DNA of 64,000 nt from Gammaproteobacteria bacterium (GTDB lineage Bacteria > Pseudomonadota > Gammaproteobacteria > Arenicellales > UBA868), in the NCBI GenBank assembly GCA_014239575.1, contig JAAZYQ010000001.1:7322-71321 (forward strand). Direction: 5' to 3'. This document shows positions 27,527-37,321 of the stretch, one piece after another. The translations under genes were made by a program, and so were the position numbers. The first letter of the stretch is position 1. Each line of letters opens with the position of its first letter. Under the pieces are notes generated by a model. The model did not search any database, was not told the DNA's origin, and saw only the letters and a program-made list of their open reading frames with translations.

Positions 27527-27572
27527 TTTTAATATCAATAATAAGGCACACTGATGATCTTTTTTCCGGCTA

Positions 27573-28544
27573 TCAGATAGACCCTTCTTGCACAGCAAGG
27601 CGGCGCTTACCATGCCATTGCTGATAATTCAAACCGGTCTCGTAACCCCGCTCAGCGACATACTGCAACACCCGCGACAATCGGTAGGCCCGCACCACTG
27701 AATCGATACGAAATATCTCTTGACCCGCACCATCGAAAAACACAACTGTCGGCGCGTAATGAATCCCAAGATCCTCAGCCCACTCGCGCGCCACCCGGCG
27801 ACGGCCCTGTGGGGTTAGCACTGGGGTATCGGACCACATATCCAGTTGCACCACATCCATCAAGCTGCAGTAGTCCAAAATCTGTTGGTCAGACGCCAGT
27901 GCAGTATGCAGCAGGTCACAGCCGTGACAGCTCGACTGCTCAAAAAACACTGAAAGCGGCCGACTGGCGCTGAAGTGCGAGCGATCCAGCAGGTACGGAG
28001 CTTCCATAAAAAAATCCTGTTGGTTGAGATCCTCTCGCTCGAATTTGGGAGGCGGGTCAGCGCGCTCAAGGTAGTCGCGAAAACTCTCGCGCAGGTAATG
28101 ATGGCCAGCAACGTATTCCAGCGCTGCACGAAAACGGTACGGCGGGTAATAACCGCGAAGACGGAAAATCTCGTTCCCCCCAGGGCCAAAAAACACCAGC
28201 GATGGCGTAAAGTTGGTCTCAAGCAAAACTGAGAAATCACGCTCGGTCAGAGTGTCGCCCTGCATATCAGTGACCGGCAGATCGCCCCAGATGTCGATCG
28301 GGACCACATCAAAATGCGCTCGGGTATAACGGGCAATCTCGGGGTCGCCGAAGTTGGTTTCAAGCAACGCCTCACAATAGGCGCAATTCTCCTGCCCGAA
28401 ATACACCACCAGGGCGCGTTTATCTGACTGCAGCGCTTCGAACAAATCCTCACGTAGATCTAGGAAACTTGCCTTGAACCACTCAGGAAGATCAATCTGC
28501 CGCTGGCGCGGCTGGTCATCTGTCAGGGTTTTGGTCTGGCCCAT
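27573..28544 (-). CDS. soxW: SoxW-like double thioredoxin-fold protein
   Basis: Two Trx domains with CAYC and CHGC, FTPSLVFF/YAPTVVFF cis-Pro loops; downstream of soxB. Confidence 0.7.
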   Translation of the reverse strand: MGQTKTLTDDQPRQRQIDLPEWFKASFLDLREDLFEALQSDKRALVVYFGQENCAYCEALLETNFGDPEIARYTRAHFDVVPIDIWGDLPVTDMQGDTLTERDFSVLLETNFTPSLVFFGPGGNEIFRLRGYYPPYRFRAALEYVAGHHYLRESFRDYLERADPPPKFEREDLNQQDFFMEAPYLLDRSHFSASRPLSVFFEQSSCHGCDLLHTALASDQQILDYCSLMDVVQLDMWSDTPVLTPQGRRRVAREWAEDLGIHYAPTVVFFDGAGQEIFRIDSVVRAYRLSRVLQYVAERGYETGLNYQQWHGKRRLAVQEGSI

Positions 28545-28560
28545 GATGTGCTGGCTTCAG

Positions 28561-28581
28561 AAAAAGCGACTGCCTGTCGCC
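28561..28581 (-). terminator. Probable terminator after soxB
   Basis: GCGAC-AGGCA-GTCGC then TTTTT on minus strand. Confidence 0.4.
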
Positions 28582-28618
28582 AACTAACTCTTGGCGGTCT
28601 TGCGCAGCTAAGGAATCT

Positions 28619-30367
28619 TTACAACGCCAAATATCCGGGATTATTTAAGATACCTTTGACCCGAGGCACGTTCGCAACCACATCGCGAATCACTTTGCGG
28701 TCACGCAGGTACTCGCCCACCACATCCCAGATATCTGGCAGTTCATCAGGCTGGGGATTCACGCTCGCCCAGCCAGCTACCTTGTATATATGTGATGGAT
28801 CCAGCGGTTTGCCATTCAGCTCCAGCGCGGACAAGCGCTCGCCGATCGGCGCCGTCGGGTTGATGGCATAACGTAACCCACCAACCCGTACCATATCACC
28901 CCCCATCTGATAGTAGGGATCGGCATTAAAGAGGTTGTCAGCAATATCCTCGAGTACCCGTTTAATGGTCTCACCACTCATCTCAACAAGGGTAGACTTG
29001 GCGTAGGTGATTCCCGTCTGATCCATTAACCGCTCGACCGTGATTGGGTCACCCGGCAGTACGCTGGTTCCCCAGCGAAAACCCGGGGAGAAGGCAATAT
29101 CGGCACCACGCACCTCGATCAATGCATCAACAATAACCTGATCGAAGGTGCCAATAAAATTGCCGCGGCGGTACAGTGTGGTTTCGGTTGTGGCCAACAC
29201 AGTATCCAACTGCTGTTTAAATGGCTCGCGTGCGCCTTCGATGAGCATCGCCATCTCGGGATCCGCTGGCAACAGGTTGGCAAATATCGGTAGCAACCGA
29301 AAGCGGTAATCCGCCACTCGCCCATCGCGCACATCAAGATCCATCACCGAAAGAAACTTGGTATTGGAGCCTGAATTAACAACCAGGGTCTGGCCACCGG
29401 CATTGCTGATCACACTGGGCTTTGGTATTCCGTCATGAGTGTGGCCACCCAGAATGACATCGATCCCGGTCACCCGGGTCGCCATTTTAAGATCGACATC
29501 CATGCCGTTATGCGAAAGCACCACAACCACTTGCGCCCCTTTAGCTCTGACCTCGTCGACCATCGCCTGGCACTGTTCATCGCGAATGCCAAAGCTCCAA
29601 TCCTCGATCATGTAGCGTGGGTTGGCGAGCGTGGTGTAAGGGAAGGCTTGGCCGATAATAGCGACCGGGATGCCATTCATTTCACGAATGCTGTAGGGCT
29701 TGAACACCCGTCCGGAATCCTCGTCAAAGGCTGGCTTACCCTCAAAGGACGCATCCTCGGTCAGCATAATATTCTGTGCCAGAAACTCGATCGGGGGCAG
29801 TTCGCGCTCAATAATCTCGCGAACCCGGTCCATGCCGTAGGTGAACTCCCAGTGTCCCGTCATGATATCAACGCCCAGCAACTTGCAGGCATCAACCATA
29901 TCCTGACCCTGGGTCCACAGCGAAGTCGCGGATCCTTGCCAGGTATCACCACCATCGAGCAGCAGGCTGTTTGGCCGTGACGCGCGCAGCTGTTTGACCA
30001 GCGTCGCCAGATGAGCGAACCCGCCCACCTTGCCATACTTGTGGGCAGCGGCCTCAAAATCCAAACAGGTGAAGGCATACGCGTTGGCCGATCCCGCTGG
30101 GATAGAAAAATGCTCTAAAAATTTCTCACCCACCACGTGCGGCGGTTGGCCAAAAGCGTTACCGATACCAATATTGAAATTGGGTTCGCGAAAATGCACC
30201 GGCATCAACTGGGCATGGCAGTCGGTAAAATGCAGCAGGGACAGATTGCCAAAGGCAGGCACATCGTAGTCTGTAGCCTGGGCAGAAGCGCTACGACCAT
30301 TGACAGCCATACCAGCAGCACTGGCGGCGGCAAGCAAACGCATAAACTCACGTCGGGTCAAACTCAT
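28619..30367 (-). CDS. soxB: SoxB thiosulfohydrolase
   Basis: Tat leader SLTRREF; HFTDCHAQL, DGGDTWQGS, GHWEFT, SHNGMDVD, GGHTHD. Confidence 0.97.
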   Translation of the reverse strand: MSLTRREFMRLLAAASAAGMAVNGRSASAQATDYDVPAFGNLSLLHFTDCHAQLMPVHFREPNFNIGIGNAFGQPPHVVGEKFLEHFSIPAGSANAYAFTCLDFEAAAHKYGKVGGFAHLATLVKQLRASRPNSLLLDGGDTWQGSATSLWTQGQDMVDACKLLGVDIMTGHWEFTYGMDRVREIIERELPPIEFLAQNIMLTEDASFEGKPAFDEDSGRVFKPYSIREMNGIPVAIIGQAFPYTTLANPRYMIEDWSFGIRDEQCQAMVDEVRAKGAQVVVVLSHNGMDVDLKMATRVTGIDVILGGHTHDGIPKPSVISNAGGQTLVVNSGSNTKFLSVMDLDVRDGRVADYRFRLLPIFANLLPADPEMAMLIEGAREPFKQQLDTVLATTETTLYRRGNFIGTFDQVIVDALIEVRGADIAFSPGFRWGTSVLPGDPITVERLMDQTGITYAKSTLVEMSGETIKRVLEDIADNLFNADPYYQMGGDMVRVGGLRYAINPTAPIGERLSALELNGKPLDPSHIYKVAGWASVNPQPDELPDIWDVVGEYLRDRKVIRDVVANVPRVKGILNNPGYLAL

Positions 30368-30520
30368 TACTGCTACTCCTTCAGTTGCTTCTTTGCTGCA
30401 CCCTATGGGAGGGGGTTCCAAGGGTCGCACCAAGAAATCGGGAATTAGGCCGTCTAAGCATTACGGTGTTCCACTAACTCGCAAATGGTGATACACAGGC
30501 GTTGTTTGTGGGGCCTGGGT

Positions 30521-30552
30521 AAAAAAAACCTGGCCGTAAAGGCCAGGTTTTT
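30521..30552. terminator. Bidirectional rho-independent terminator after soxA
   Basis: AAAAAAAACCTGGCC-GTAAA-GGCCAGGTTTTT. Confidence 0.75.
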
Positions 30553-30620
30553 CATTTGCTACCGTGGTCCCATCATGCTGTCTCGTATCAATCTCAGCAT
30601 AGGGGGGTCAGCTGTCTTGT

Positions 30621-31475
30621 TTATTGGCGCTGGCTCGGCACCTTGAGCGGTACGCCCGTGTTCATGATAGCTTCGTAATACTCCAGCGCCTTGTACTCGG
30701 TGCCCTGAGCTTTAAACGGAGACGCTCGGACCTGCTTGTTACAGCCGCCGTAGCGCCGATGCGTCGTTCCCCACGGTTTGCCGGACATCGACCACTTGGT
30801 ACGGTAGACCGGAAAGCCCACGCCATGACCAAGACCCGGGCTCAGCACGTCACCGCGGACGCTGTTACCAGCATTACTCACATGACAATCTGCGCAGGAG
30901 AAGTTCAACTGGCCGCGCTTGGCCCAGTAGAACTGGCGACCCTTCTCATACCAGGCCTGTGCACCGGCTGCGGAGAAATCCACCGCCATCGGTTGGTCGT
31001 TAAATTGCGACTTGTAGTGGGCAATGAGTCGCGCCATTTTGCCGCGCTTGACATTCTTTATCGGTTCTTCACCATTAGCCGTCAAACACGCGTTCAGATC
31101 GGCCACTAGGGTCCGCAGATCATCGCTGGCCCCATCGTACACCGGGTAGGTATTTGCCGGTGCCAGGTCACAGTCGTCAAAGCCTTTGCCATTGGCAAAC
31201 GGTGCGGACCACTCTTCCTCAGCCTTTTCCATCTCGGGTTCATAAGGGGGGAAATCCATCATCAATTCCCAGTTAGCCCGCCGGTGCGCATACTGTGGCA
31301 ACGCATTAACCCCATCAACATAATCTTCCAGCGCTACGCCTGGAAAACGCTTCAGGAAAAATCCCTGGAACTCAGCGATATCGTTGTTAATTTCAGCCTC
31401 GGAAATCGCCTGGGCAGTCGAAGCAGTCAGTACTGCCATGCCCATGCCGACTGCCAGTGATACCAATTTTTTCAT
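30621..31475 (-). CDS. soxA: SoxA monoheme cytochrome c
   Basis: RGQLNFSCADCH, RYGGCNKQVR, YKALEYY; signal peptide. Confidence 0.95.
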   Translation of the reverse strand: MKKLVSLAVGMGMAVLTASTAQAISEAEINNDIAEFQGFFLKRFPGVALEDYVDGVNALPQYAHRRANWELMMDFPPYEPEMEKAEEEWSAPFANGKGFDDCDLAPANTYPVYDGASDDLRTLVADLNACLTANGEEPIKNVKRGKMARLIAHYKSQFNDQPMAVDFSAAGAQAWYEKGRQFYWAKRGQLNFSCADCHVSNAGNSVRGDVLSPGLGHGVGFPVYRTKWSMSGKPWGTTHRRYGGCNKQVRASPFKAQGTEYKALEYYEAIMNTGVPLKVPSQRQ

Positions 31476-31538
31476 CAGTCCCCTCCTCAGTATTGAGCTG
31501 CCGGCACCACGGCCGGCAACACTGGATGCGCTATATGT

Positions 31539-31853
31539 TTACTTGACCGCCTTTTCGACGGCGCCGGTCTCGCCCTTGTTGTCTGTCCAGGTGACGCTAA
31601 CCGTGTCGCCAGACTTTGCACCAGCCATAGACATGCCGATGAGCGGATTTTTGGACACGCCGGCACCCAGGTTAGCCTGAGCGATTACCACCCCGTTTAC
31701 GGAAATATCCATGGTCTGGATAAAGTGCGCGGGTATCTTCTCACCCGTTTTCTTGTCCTTGCGCAGACCCGTTTCCATGGGGTGCTTGGCAAGCACCATC
31801 ACGTCGCGACCACCGGTCTTGTTCTTTTTGATCTTCATCTTGGTAGATGCCAT
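31539..31853 (-). CDS. soxZ: SoxZ
   Basis: HPMETGLRKD, IPAHFI, SKNP, WTDNKG. Confidence 0.96.
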   Translation of the reverse strand: MASTKMKIKKNKTGGRDVMVLAKHPMETGLRKDKKTGEKIPAHFIQTMDISVNGVVIAQANLGAGVSKNPLIGMSMAGAKSGDTVSVTWTDNKGETGAVEKAVK

Positions 31854-31883
31854 CTTATTGATCTCCTACTGGGTTCTGTCGGG

Positions 31884-32354
31884 TTAACCGCCGCAACCGC
31901 CAACGGTGACTTTGATCTCCTGAGAGGTCTTGTACACCTTGCCACCTGCTTTAACGTAGCAGTTGACTGGGGAGGACTGACCCATCTTGATGCGGGCGCT
32001 GAACATGCCACCGGCACTGCCGGCGGCCATCTGTAACGAGGTTACAAACGGGGAAGGGTTTTTGGCAACCACGACCGCGATTGCCTCGACGTCTGCAAGG
32101 GAGGTCATCACCTTGATGGGTACCACGGCACCGTTTTCGGCCTGCAGCGGCGCCTTAAGGGTGACGTCGCCACTGTCTTGGGCATCCGCTGAGCCAAAGA
32201 AAGCGTTCAGCGCGTCGGCTTCGCTCTTAGCCGTGAATGCGGCCTCGGGCCAGGCGGCTGCCAGGACTCGAGCCGGGGCGAGCAGTCCAGCACTGGCTGC
32301 CACGGCGATCGCGCCCGTGGCCATAGAGCCTTTAAGAAAAATTCTGCGTTTCAT
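31884..32354 (-). CDS. soxY: SoxY sulfur carrier
   Basis: Tat leader KRRIFLK; AENGAVVP; C-terminal KVTVGGCGG. Confidence 0.97.
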   Translation of the reverse strand: MKRRIFLKGSMATGAIAVAASAGLLAPARVLAAAWPEAAFTAKSEADALNAFFGSADAQDSGDVTLKAPLQAENGAVVPIKVMTSLADVEAIAVVVAKNPSPFVTSLQMAAGSAGGMFSARIKMGQSSPVNCYVKAGGKVYKTSQEIKVTVGGCGG

Positions 32355-32436
32355 GAGTCTTATCTATCCTCTTTATATTCAAAATGTGTCTTATTTAATC
32401 GCCGGGAGTTGTTCATCCGACTACGGATTCTGCAGC

Positions 32437-32862
32437 CTAGATAGAAAGCAGCCAGTCCACGATATTGTCAATGTCCTGTTCGCTGATCAACTTGTGTCGA
32501 CCGAACGGCGGCATCGAAGTATTGGGGTTTGTCGCAGTAGCGTCCCATACCTGGGCGCGCAAATCCTCGCGGTTGGGAAAGCGAGCTGCCATCGCGACCA
32601 ATGGCGGTGCGATGTTGCCGCCTACAGGAAAGCCTTCAGGCCAGGGATTAACCATTGCCTGGTGGCAGGCGAGACAGTTACCGGCGCTTCGGTTGATTGC
32701 CACACACCAGCCCTTAATGATGGTGTCTCCATCTTTGGCAACCTCTTTGCACTGCTTTTCTGTGGGCCATTCACCCGCTTGTACGGCTGGGCCATATCCA
32801 GCCGTGGCCGCAAGTACGATCGCTGCGCCACAAGCGACCACAGCAGTCTTCAGTTTCAGCAT
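32437..32862 (-). CDS. soxX: SoxX cytochrome c
   Basis: GNCLACH, GNIAPPL, SMPPFG; GGAGG RBS before ATG 32862. Confidence 0.95.
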   Translation of the reverse strand: MLKLKTAVVACGAAIVLAATAGYGPAVQAGEWPTEKQCKEVAKDGDTIIKGWCVAINRSAGNCLACHQAMVNPWPEGFPVGGNIAPPLVAMAARFPNREDLRAQVWDATATNPNTSMPPFGRHKLISEQDIDNIVDWLLSI

Positions 32863-32937
32863 GGCTATCCTCCAGTTACTGGTGCCGTACCTGCCAGAGT
32901 CCGACACACTATATTTTTGAGTTCTGACAACCCCGCA

Positions 32938-32954
32938 ATACTCTCTCAGGGTAT
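32938..32954 (-). promoter_or_regulatory. Inverted repeat upstream of soxX resembling the dsrA proximal site
   Basis: Minus strand ATACCCT-GAG-AGAGTAT versus dsrA ATACCCT-CCC-GGGGAAT. Confidence 0.4.
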
Positions 32955-33216
32955 GACGGTCCCATTTAACGCAACTTCTAGAAGATTATCAAGGATAATT
33001 GATCATCGAAGGTATTGAATGTTCTTATGTATGGCCTAATTGGCCTACTCAATAGGGCGCATTTCTAATGAATGCTGGCCCACTTTTGGCCCAGCATTAG
33101 CCGAAATACAGCTGCCTACGCCACCTTATCCTTTTATCCAACTGTCTTGTTGGCTCCCTGGTTAAATCTTCTAACAGCTCTCATTAATTCAACGGGTTTT
33201 AGTGATTGGCCGCCGC

Positions 33217-34674
33217 TTAATGCATTCCATCGCGCATCATCTGCGTTTTAATTTCCTTTATTCGTGCGCTGATACTGGCCTCAAAATAGGCGCTACCTGA
33301 GCCATAGCTGGCAGCAATTTCTAACTGGGCGAGTGCCTGATCGGTTTCATCACGCCAGTAGTGATACTCAGCCAGGGCCTGAAACGATCGTTGCGGGTGA
33401 CCGCTTTCCCCCTCAACCCGGGCCAACAGCCGATAAAGTTCAGCCTGTCTTGGCGCCTCCCTTAAAGCGCCACGCAATACCGAGTGCGCATCGACAAATT
33501 CGCCCGCTTTTATCAGGGTATCGGCCAGGTAGTACGCCATGGCCGGTGATCGCCGATCTGACTCGGCCAAGCCCTGTAGTGCAGACACCGCCTCATCGGC
33601 AGAGCCGCTGGCCAGCAGGGCCTGGGCAAGAGCCACCTGATAAGGCAAGTAATCCGAGTAATCTGCCACCAGATGCTTGGCATTTCCAATCGCGCTCTGG
33701 TGATCGCCCAATCGTATCTGGGACAGCACCAGGCCATAACGGGCAGCCCTGGCTACTAGAGAATCCGTCGAGCGCACTTCGTGCGTGAAGGCGGCTGCTG
33801 ATTTTTCAGCCTCTTGAGTAAAAACCGCACGAATTCTCGTGCGCGCATGGTAATAATCGAGTGAGGGTGCAACAGAGAAACGCGGGTATTGCTGGAGGCG
33901 TCCCTCTACTAACGCCAGGCGGTTCTGAGTCAGCGGATGTGTTCTGAGGTACTCCGGTGCACCAACAGCCTGGAGCCGGTTCTCCTGATCCAGTCGCCCC
34001 AAAAAGCCCATCGTGGCCGCAGCGGGATAGCCTGCCTCAGTCAGGATCATCAGCCCCAGTGCATCGGCTTCACGCTCATATTCACGGTTGTAACGCAACT
34101 GATCAGAAAGCGCCGCGCCGCTGGTTGCCGCCATCGCCGCTGCGCCGGCCTGGCCGCCCAACAAGATCGCCGCGATGATACCCGCCGTCGTTGGCAACTG
34201 GCGCTGGCGCGCGCGATCCATCATCCGTGGCAGATGGCGCTGCGTTACATGGGCCAACTCATGAGCCATGACGGAAGCCAGTTCAGCCTCATTTCGCGTT
34301 GCCAGGACCAGTCCGGTAAAAACAGCGAGCCGCCCACCCGGGCCAGCGAAAGCATTGATAAGCTTGTTATCAATCAGGAAAAACCGCAGGCTGTCGACAT
34401 CGCCTTCAAGACTAGTGGTCAGTCGCTGGCCCAGGCCCTGTAGGTATTCCAGTAGTAGCGGGTCGTCTATGAAGCGCATCTGCTGGCGCGCTGAAGCCAC
34501 AAACTGACGACCCATCGACTGCTCTTCAGGGGTGGTGACGATACCTACGCGGGTATCCCCGAGAGATGACGCTAAGTTCGCCTCACCGGCCGCGCCGGTA
34601 CTCACTAGAGACAAAACCACGAACAGCCCGAAGGACAGGCGGCACCACTCAGTTTTAAACCCCGTCCTGTTCAC
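33217..34674 (-). CDS. bepA: BepA/YfgC-like M48 metalloprotease with TPR domain
   Basis: INAFA, AHELAH (HExxH), EREAD, YLRTHP; signal peptide. Confidence 0.85.
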   Translation of the reverse strand: MNRTGFKTEWCRLSFGLFVVLSLVSTGAAGEANLASSLGDTRVGIVTTPEEQSMGRQFVASARQQMRFIDDPLLLEYLQGLGQRLTTSLEGDVDSLRFFLIDNKLINAFAGPGGRLAVFTGLVLATRNEAELASVMAHELAHVTQRHLPRMMDRARQRQLPTTAGIIAAILLGGQAGAAAMAATSGAALSDQLRYNREYEREADALGLMILTEAGYPAAATMGFLGRLDQENRLQAVGAPEYLRTHPLTQNRLALVEGRLQQYPRFSVAPSLDYYHARTRIRAVFTQEAEKSAAAFTHEVRSTDSLVARAARYGLVLSQIRLGDHQSAIGNAKHLVADYSDYLPYQVALAQALLASGSADEAVSALQGLAESDRRSPAMAYYLADTLIKAGEFVDAHSVLRGALREAPRQAELYRLLARVEGESGHPQRSFQALAEYHYWRDETDQALAQLEIAASYGSGSAYFEASISARIKEIKTQMMRDGMH

Positions 34675-34822
34675 CGCGCTAGTTTAACAAAGCCCCCCGG
34701 TCAGGCCGGATTTGGTTTCAACGCGGCCGAGCTTTAGAATCGCCGGTCGTGTGGCTGGATTAGATCGGCCCTCAGTTACAAATACACACCCAATGACTTG
34801 GGTGCGTGATGTGGAGAGTCCT

Positions 34823-36094
34823 ATGCTGCCAACATTCAGCGATGAACAATTGAAAGAGCGTGAACAGCAGCTGCAGGCGCAGTTCGCAACTGCCTGCGAT
34901 GCTGGCCTGTCATACGATATGACGCGTGGCAAACCTGCCTCCGAACAACTTGACCTAGCCGGGGAGCTTCTCTCGCTACCCGGCTTGGGAAACTTCCGTG
35001 ATCCACACAATACGGACTGTCGTAACTACGGAGGTATCGATGGGCTGCCTGGACTAAAAGCCCTGTTTGCTGCCGTTCTTGAGTGCCAGGCCCAAGATGT
35101 CATTGTCGGCGGTAGTAGCAGCTTGACCCTGATGTATGACAGCATCGTCCGAGGTATCCTTTTCGGCGTACCCGGCGGCGCCAAACCCTGGGGTCAACAG
35201 GGCACGGTGCGCTTTTTGTGCCCAGCGCCTGGCTATGATCGCCATTTCGAGATCACCAGCCATTTGGGATTCGAATTGGTCAATGTCGAGATGACCGATG
35301 AAGGGCCTGATATGGACCGGGTTGAAGTGCTCGCGGCCGACCCGTCAGTCAAAGGAATCTGGTGTGTACCCCGTTACAGTAATCCCACGGGAATTACCTA
35401 CAGTGAGACTGTAGCCAGACGGCTGGCTCAAATGACCGCTGCACCAGACTTTCGCATCTTCTGGGACAATGCCTACGCCGAACACCACCTGAGCGAAAAA
35501 CGTACTCCGGTACCGGATATCCTGAGCGAATGTCGTGACGCGGGTAATCCAGACCGAGTGCTGATGTTCGCTTCGACCTCGAAGATGACGCTGGCCGGCT
35601 CTGGTATCGCAGCGATGGCTGCCAGTGCTACCAACCTTGACGATGCCCGTCGCCACCTGGCCATTCAGACTATTGGTCCGGACAAAATTAACCAGTTACG
35701 CCACTTGGCGTTTCTTGGCGACATCGACGGACTTCGCGCTCATATGGCCCGTCACGCCGAGATCCTCAAGCCCAAATTTGCACTGGTCCAGGAAATTCTT
35801 GAGCGCGATCTTGGCGGCAAGGGTGTCGCCACCTGGTCTAATCCCGCTGGCGGCTATTTTGTCAGTGTCGATGGGCCTGATGGATGCGCCCGAACCGTAG
35901 TTGAAATGGCCGCGCAGGCCGGGGTAAAACTCACCCCGGCGGGGGCACCCTTTGCCTACCGTCTCGACCCAAGGAACGCCAATATACGCCTAGCGCCCAC
36001 TTTCCCGCCGCTCGAGGATATTCACCAGGCTATGGGGATTTTTACCCTTTGCCTGGAGCTTGCCGCGGTCCGGAAACGACTGGGCCAGATCTGA
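34823..36094 (+). CDS. PLP-dependent class I/II aminotransferase (aspartate aminotransferase-like)
   Basis: DMTRGKP, PGYDRHF, YSNPTG, WDNAY, ASTSKMT (PLP Lys), NIRLAP. Confidence 0.88.
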   Translation: MLPTFSDEQLKEREQQLQAQFATACDAGLSYDMTRGKPASEQLDLAGELLSLPGLGNFRDPHNTDCRNYGGIDGLPGLKALFAAVLECQAQDVIVGGSSSLTLMYDSIVRGILFGVPGGAKPWGQQGTVRFLCPAPGYDRHFEITSHLGFELVNVEMTDEGPDMDRVEVLAADPSVKGIWCVPRYSNPTGITYSETVARRLAQMTAAPDFRIFWDNAYAEHHLSEKRTPVPDILSECRDAGNPDRVLMFASTSKMTLAGSGIAAMAASATNLDDARRHLAIQTIGPDKINQLRHLAFLGDIDGLRAHMARHAEILKPKFALVQEILERDLGGKGVATWSNPAGGYFVSVDGPDGCARTVVEMAAQAGVKLTPAGAPFAYRLDPRNANIRLAPTFPPLEDIHQAMGIFTLCLELAAVRKRLGQI

Positions 36095-36355
36095 GATTTC
36101 GGGCAAACTGAAAAGAATTTGTACTTTGTGTTGGAATATGTTTTAAAATTTGGTTATCTACTAATATATTGTGTATTCCCCCGTTCCCTCAAACTGCTGT
36201 TCTTGATCGGGGCCGTGGACTGCGAAGCGACCCTTTTGGTTATGGGAACACCGTTCGGTCAGTTAACCCAGCTCCACCGGGTGCGCGACCGGCCAACAAA
36301 GATCAGCGCTGAACAGATGTCACTGAAACGACTGCAACCGTGAGGAAACAAAACT

Positions 36356-36589
36356 ATGTCCGACTTTAACCAGGAACTCGACGCCCGTGGATTGAACTGC
36401 CCACTGCCGATATTGCGTGCCAAAAAGACGCTCAACGGTATGGCGGCCGGCGAAGTACTCAAAATCATAGCGACAGACCCCGGATCGGTTAAGGATTTTC
36501 AGGCCTTTGCTACACAAACCGGCAACCCACTTTTGGACTCATCGGAGGTTAACAGCGAGTTCCACTTTTTCTTGAAAAAAGGCGACTAG
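36356..36589 (+). CDS. tusA: TusA sulfurtransferase
   Basis: LDARGLNCPLPILR motif. Confidence 0.95.
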   Translation: MSDFNQELDARGLNCPLPILRAKKTLNGMAAGEVLKIIATDPGSVKDFQAFATQTGNPLLDSSEVNSEFHFFLKKGD

Positions 36590-36670
36590 ATCAAACGGCC
36601 TACCTGGCCGTAGGGGTGCCTGCTGATAACAGACCTTGCTGGCGCCTTACAACTTCTCGGAGGTTTTCCT

Positions 36671-37150
36671 ATGAGTGAAAAAAGTCTGACTATTATTGCA
36701 ACCAAGGGTACCCTTGACTGGGCCTATCCGCCTTTTATTCTGTCCTCTACTGCAGCAGCGCTGGGATACAACGTAACCATGTTCTTTACCTTCTACGGGC
36801 TGCAGTTACTGAAAAAAGATCTCAGCCTTTCGGTCAGCCCGCTGGGTAACCCGGGGATGCCTATGCCCATGGCAATGGATAAGTGGTTCCCTGTACTGGG
36901 TACGGCAATCCCGGGAATGCAGGCCATGATGACCGGCATGATGAAAAACACCATCAAGACCAAAGGTGTAGCCACCGTGGCGGAACTGCGTGACCTTTGT
37001 CTGGAAGCGGATGTCAAGATGATCGGCTGCCAGATGACGATAGATCTTTTTGATATTAAGCACGAGGACCTGATCGACGAGATCGATCTGGGCGGAGCGG
37101 CAACCTATTTTGAACATGCTGGCGAATCCAATATCAATCTATTCGTCTAG
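36671..37150 (+). CDS. dsrE2: DsrE2-like sulfurtransferase
   Basis: KGTLDWAYPPFILSSTAAALG, FFTFYGL, GCQMT; follows tusA. Confidence 0.9.
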   Translation: MSEKSLTIIATKGTLDWAYPPFILSSTAAALGYNVTMFFTFYGLQLLKKDLSLSVSPLGNPGMPMPMAMDKWFPVLGTAIPGMQAMMTGMMKNTIKTKGVATVAELRDLCLEADVKMIGCQMTIDLFDIKHEDLIDEIDLGGAATYFEHAGESNINLFV

Positions 37151-37176
37151 TTTGCGCGAAGTCATCTTTACAATAT

Positions 37177-37204
37177 AAAAAAGGCGCCCTTGGGCGCCTT
37201 TTTT
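37177..37204. terminator. Bidirectional rho-independent terminator
   Basis: AAAAAAGGCGCCC-TT-GGGCGCCTTTTTT between convergent genes. Confidence 0.8.
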
Positions 37205-37321
37205 ATTTGCCCGCCTTGAAGGCTCCTCCCTCAAGGGTTATTCAAGGGGCCAGGTCGCGTTCCGATAAACGTCTGTAATCTGGCTGAGTCAATGCCATCG
37301 AGGCCCGATGAGCGCAGCCCT

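Noticed and set aside
31987-33018. 343-aa plus-strand ORF
   Set aside because: Antisense shadow of soxY/soxX with no recognisable motifs
36119-36343. 74-aa ORF upstream of tusA as the missing rhodanese
   Set aside because: No rhodanese motif; it spans the AT-rich promoter and leader, so it is probably spurious
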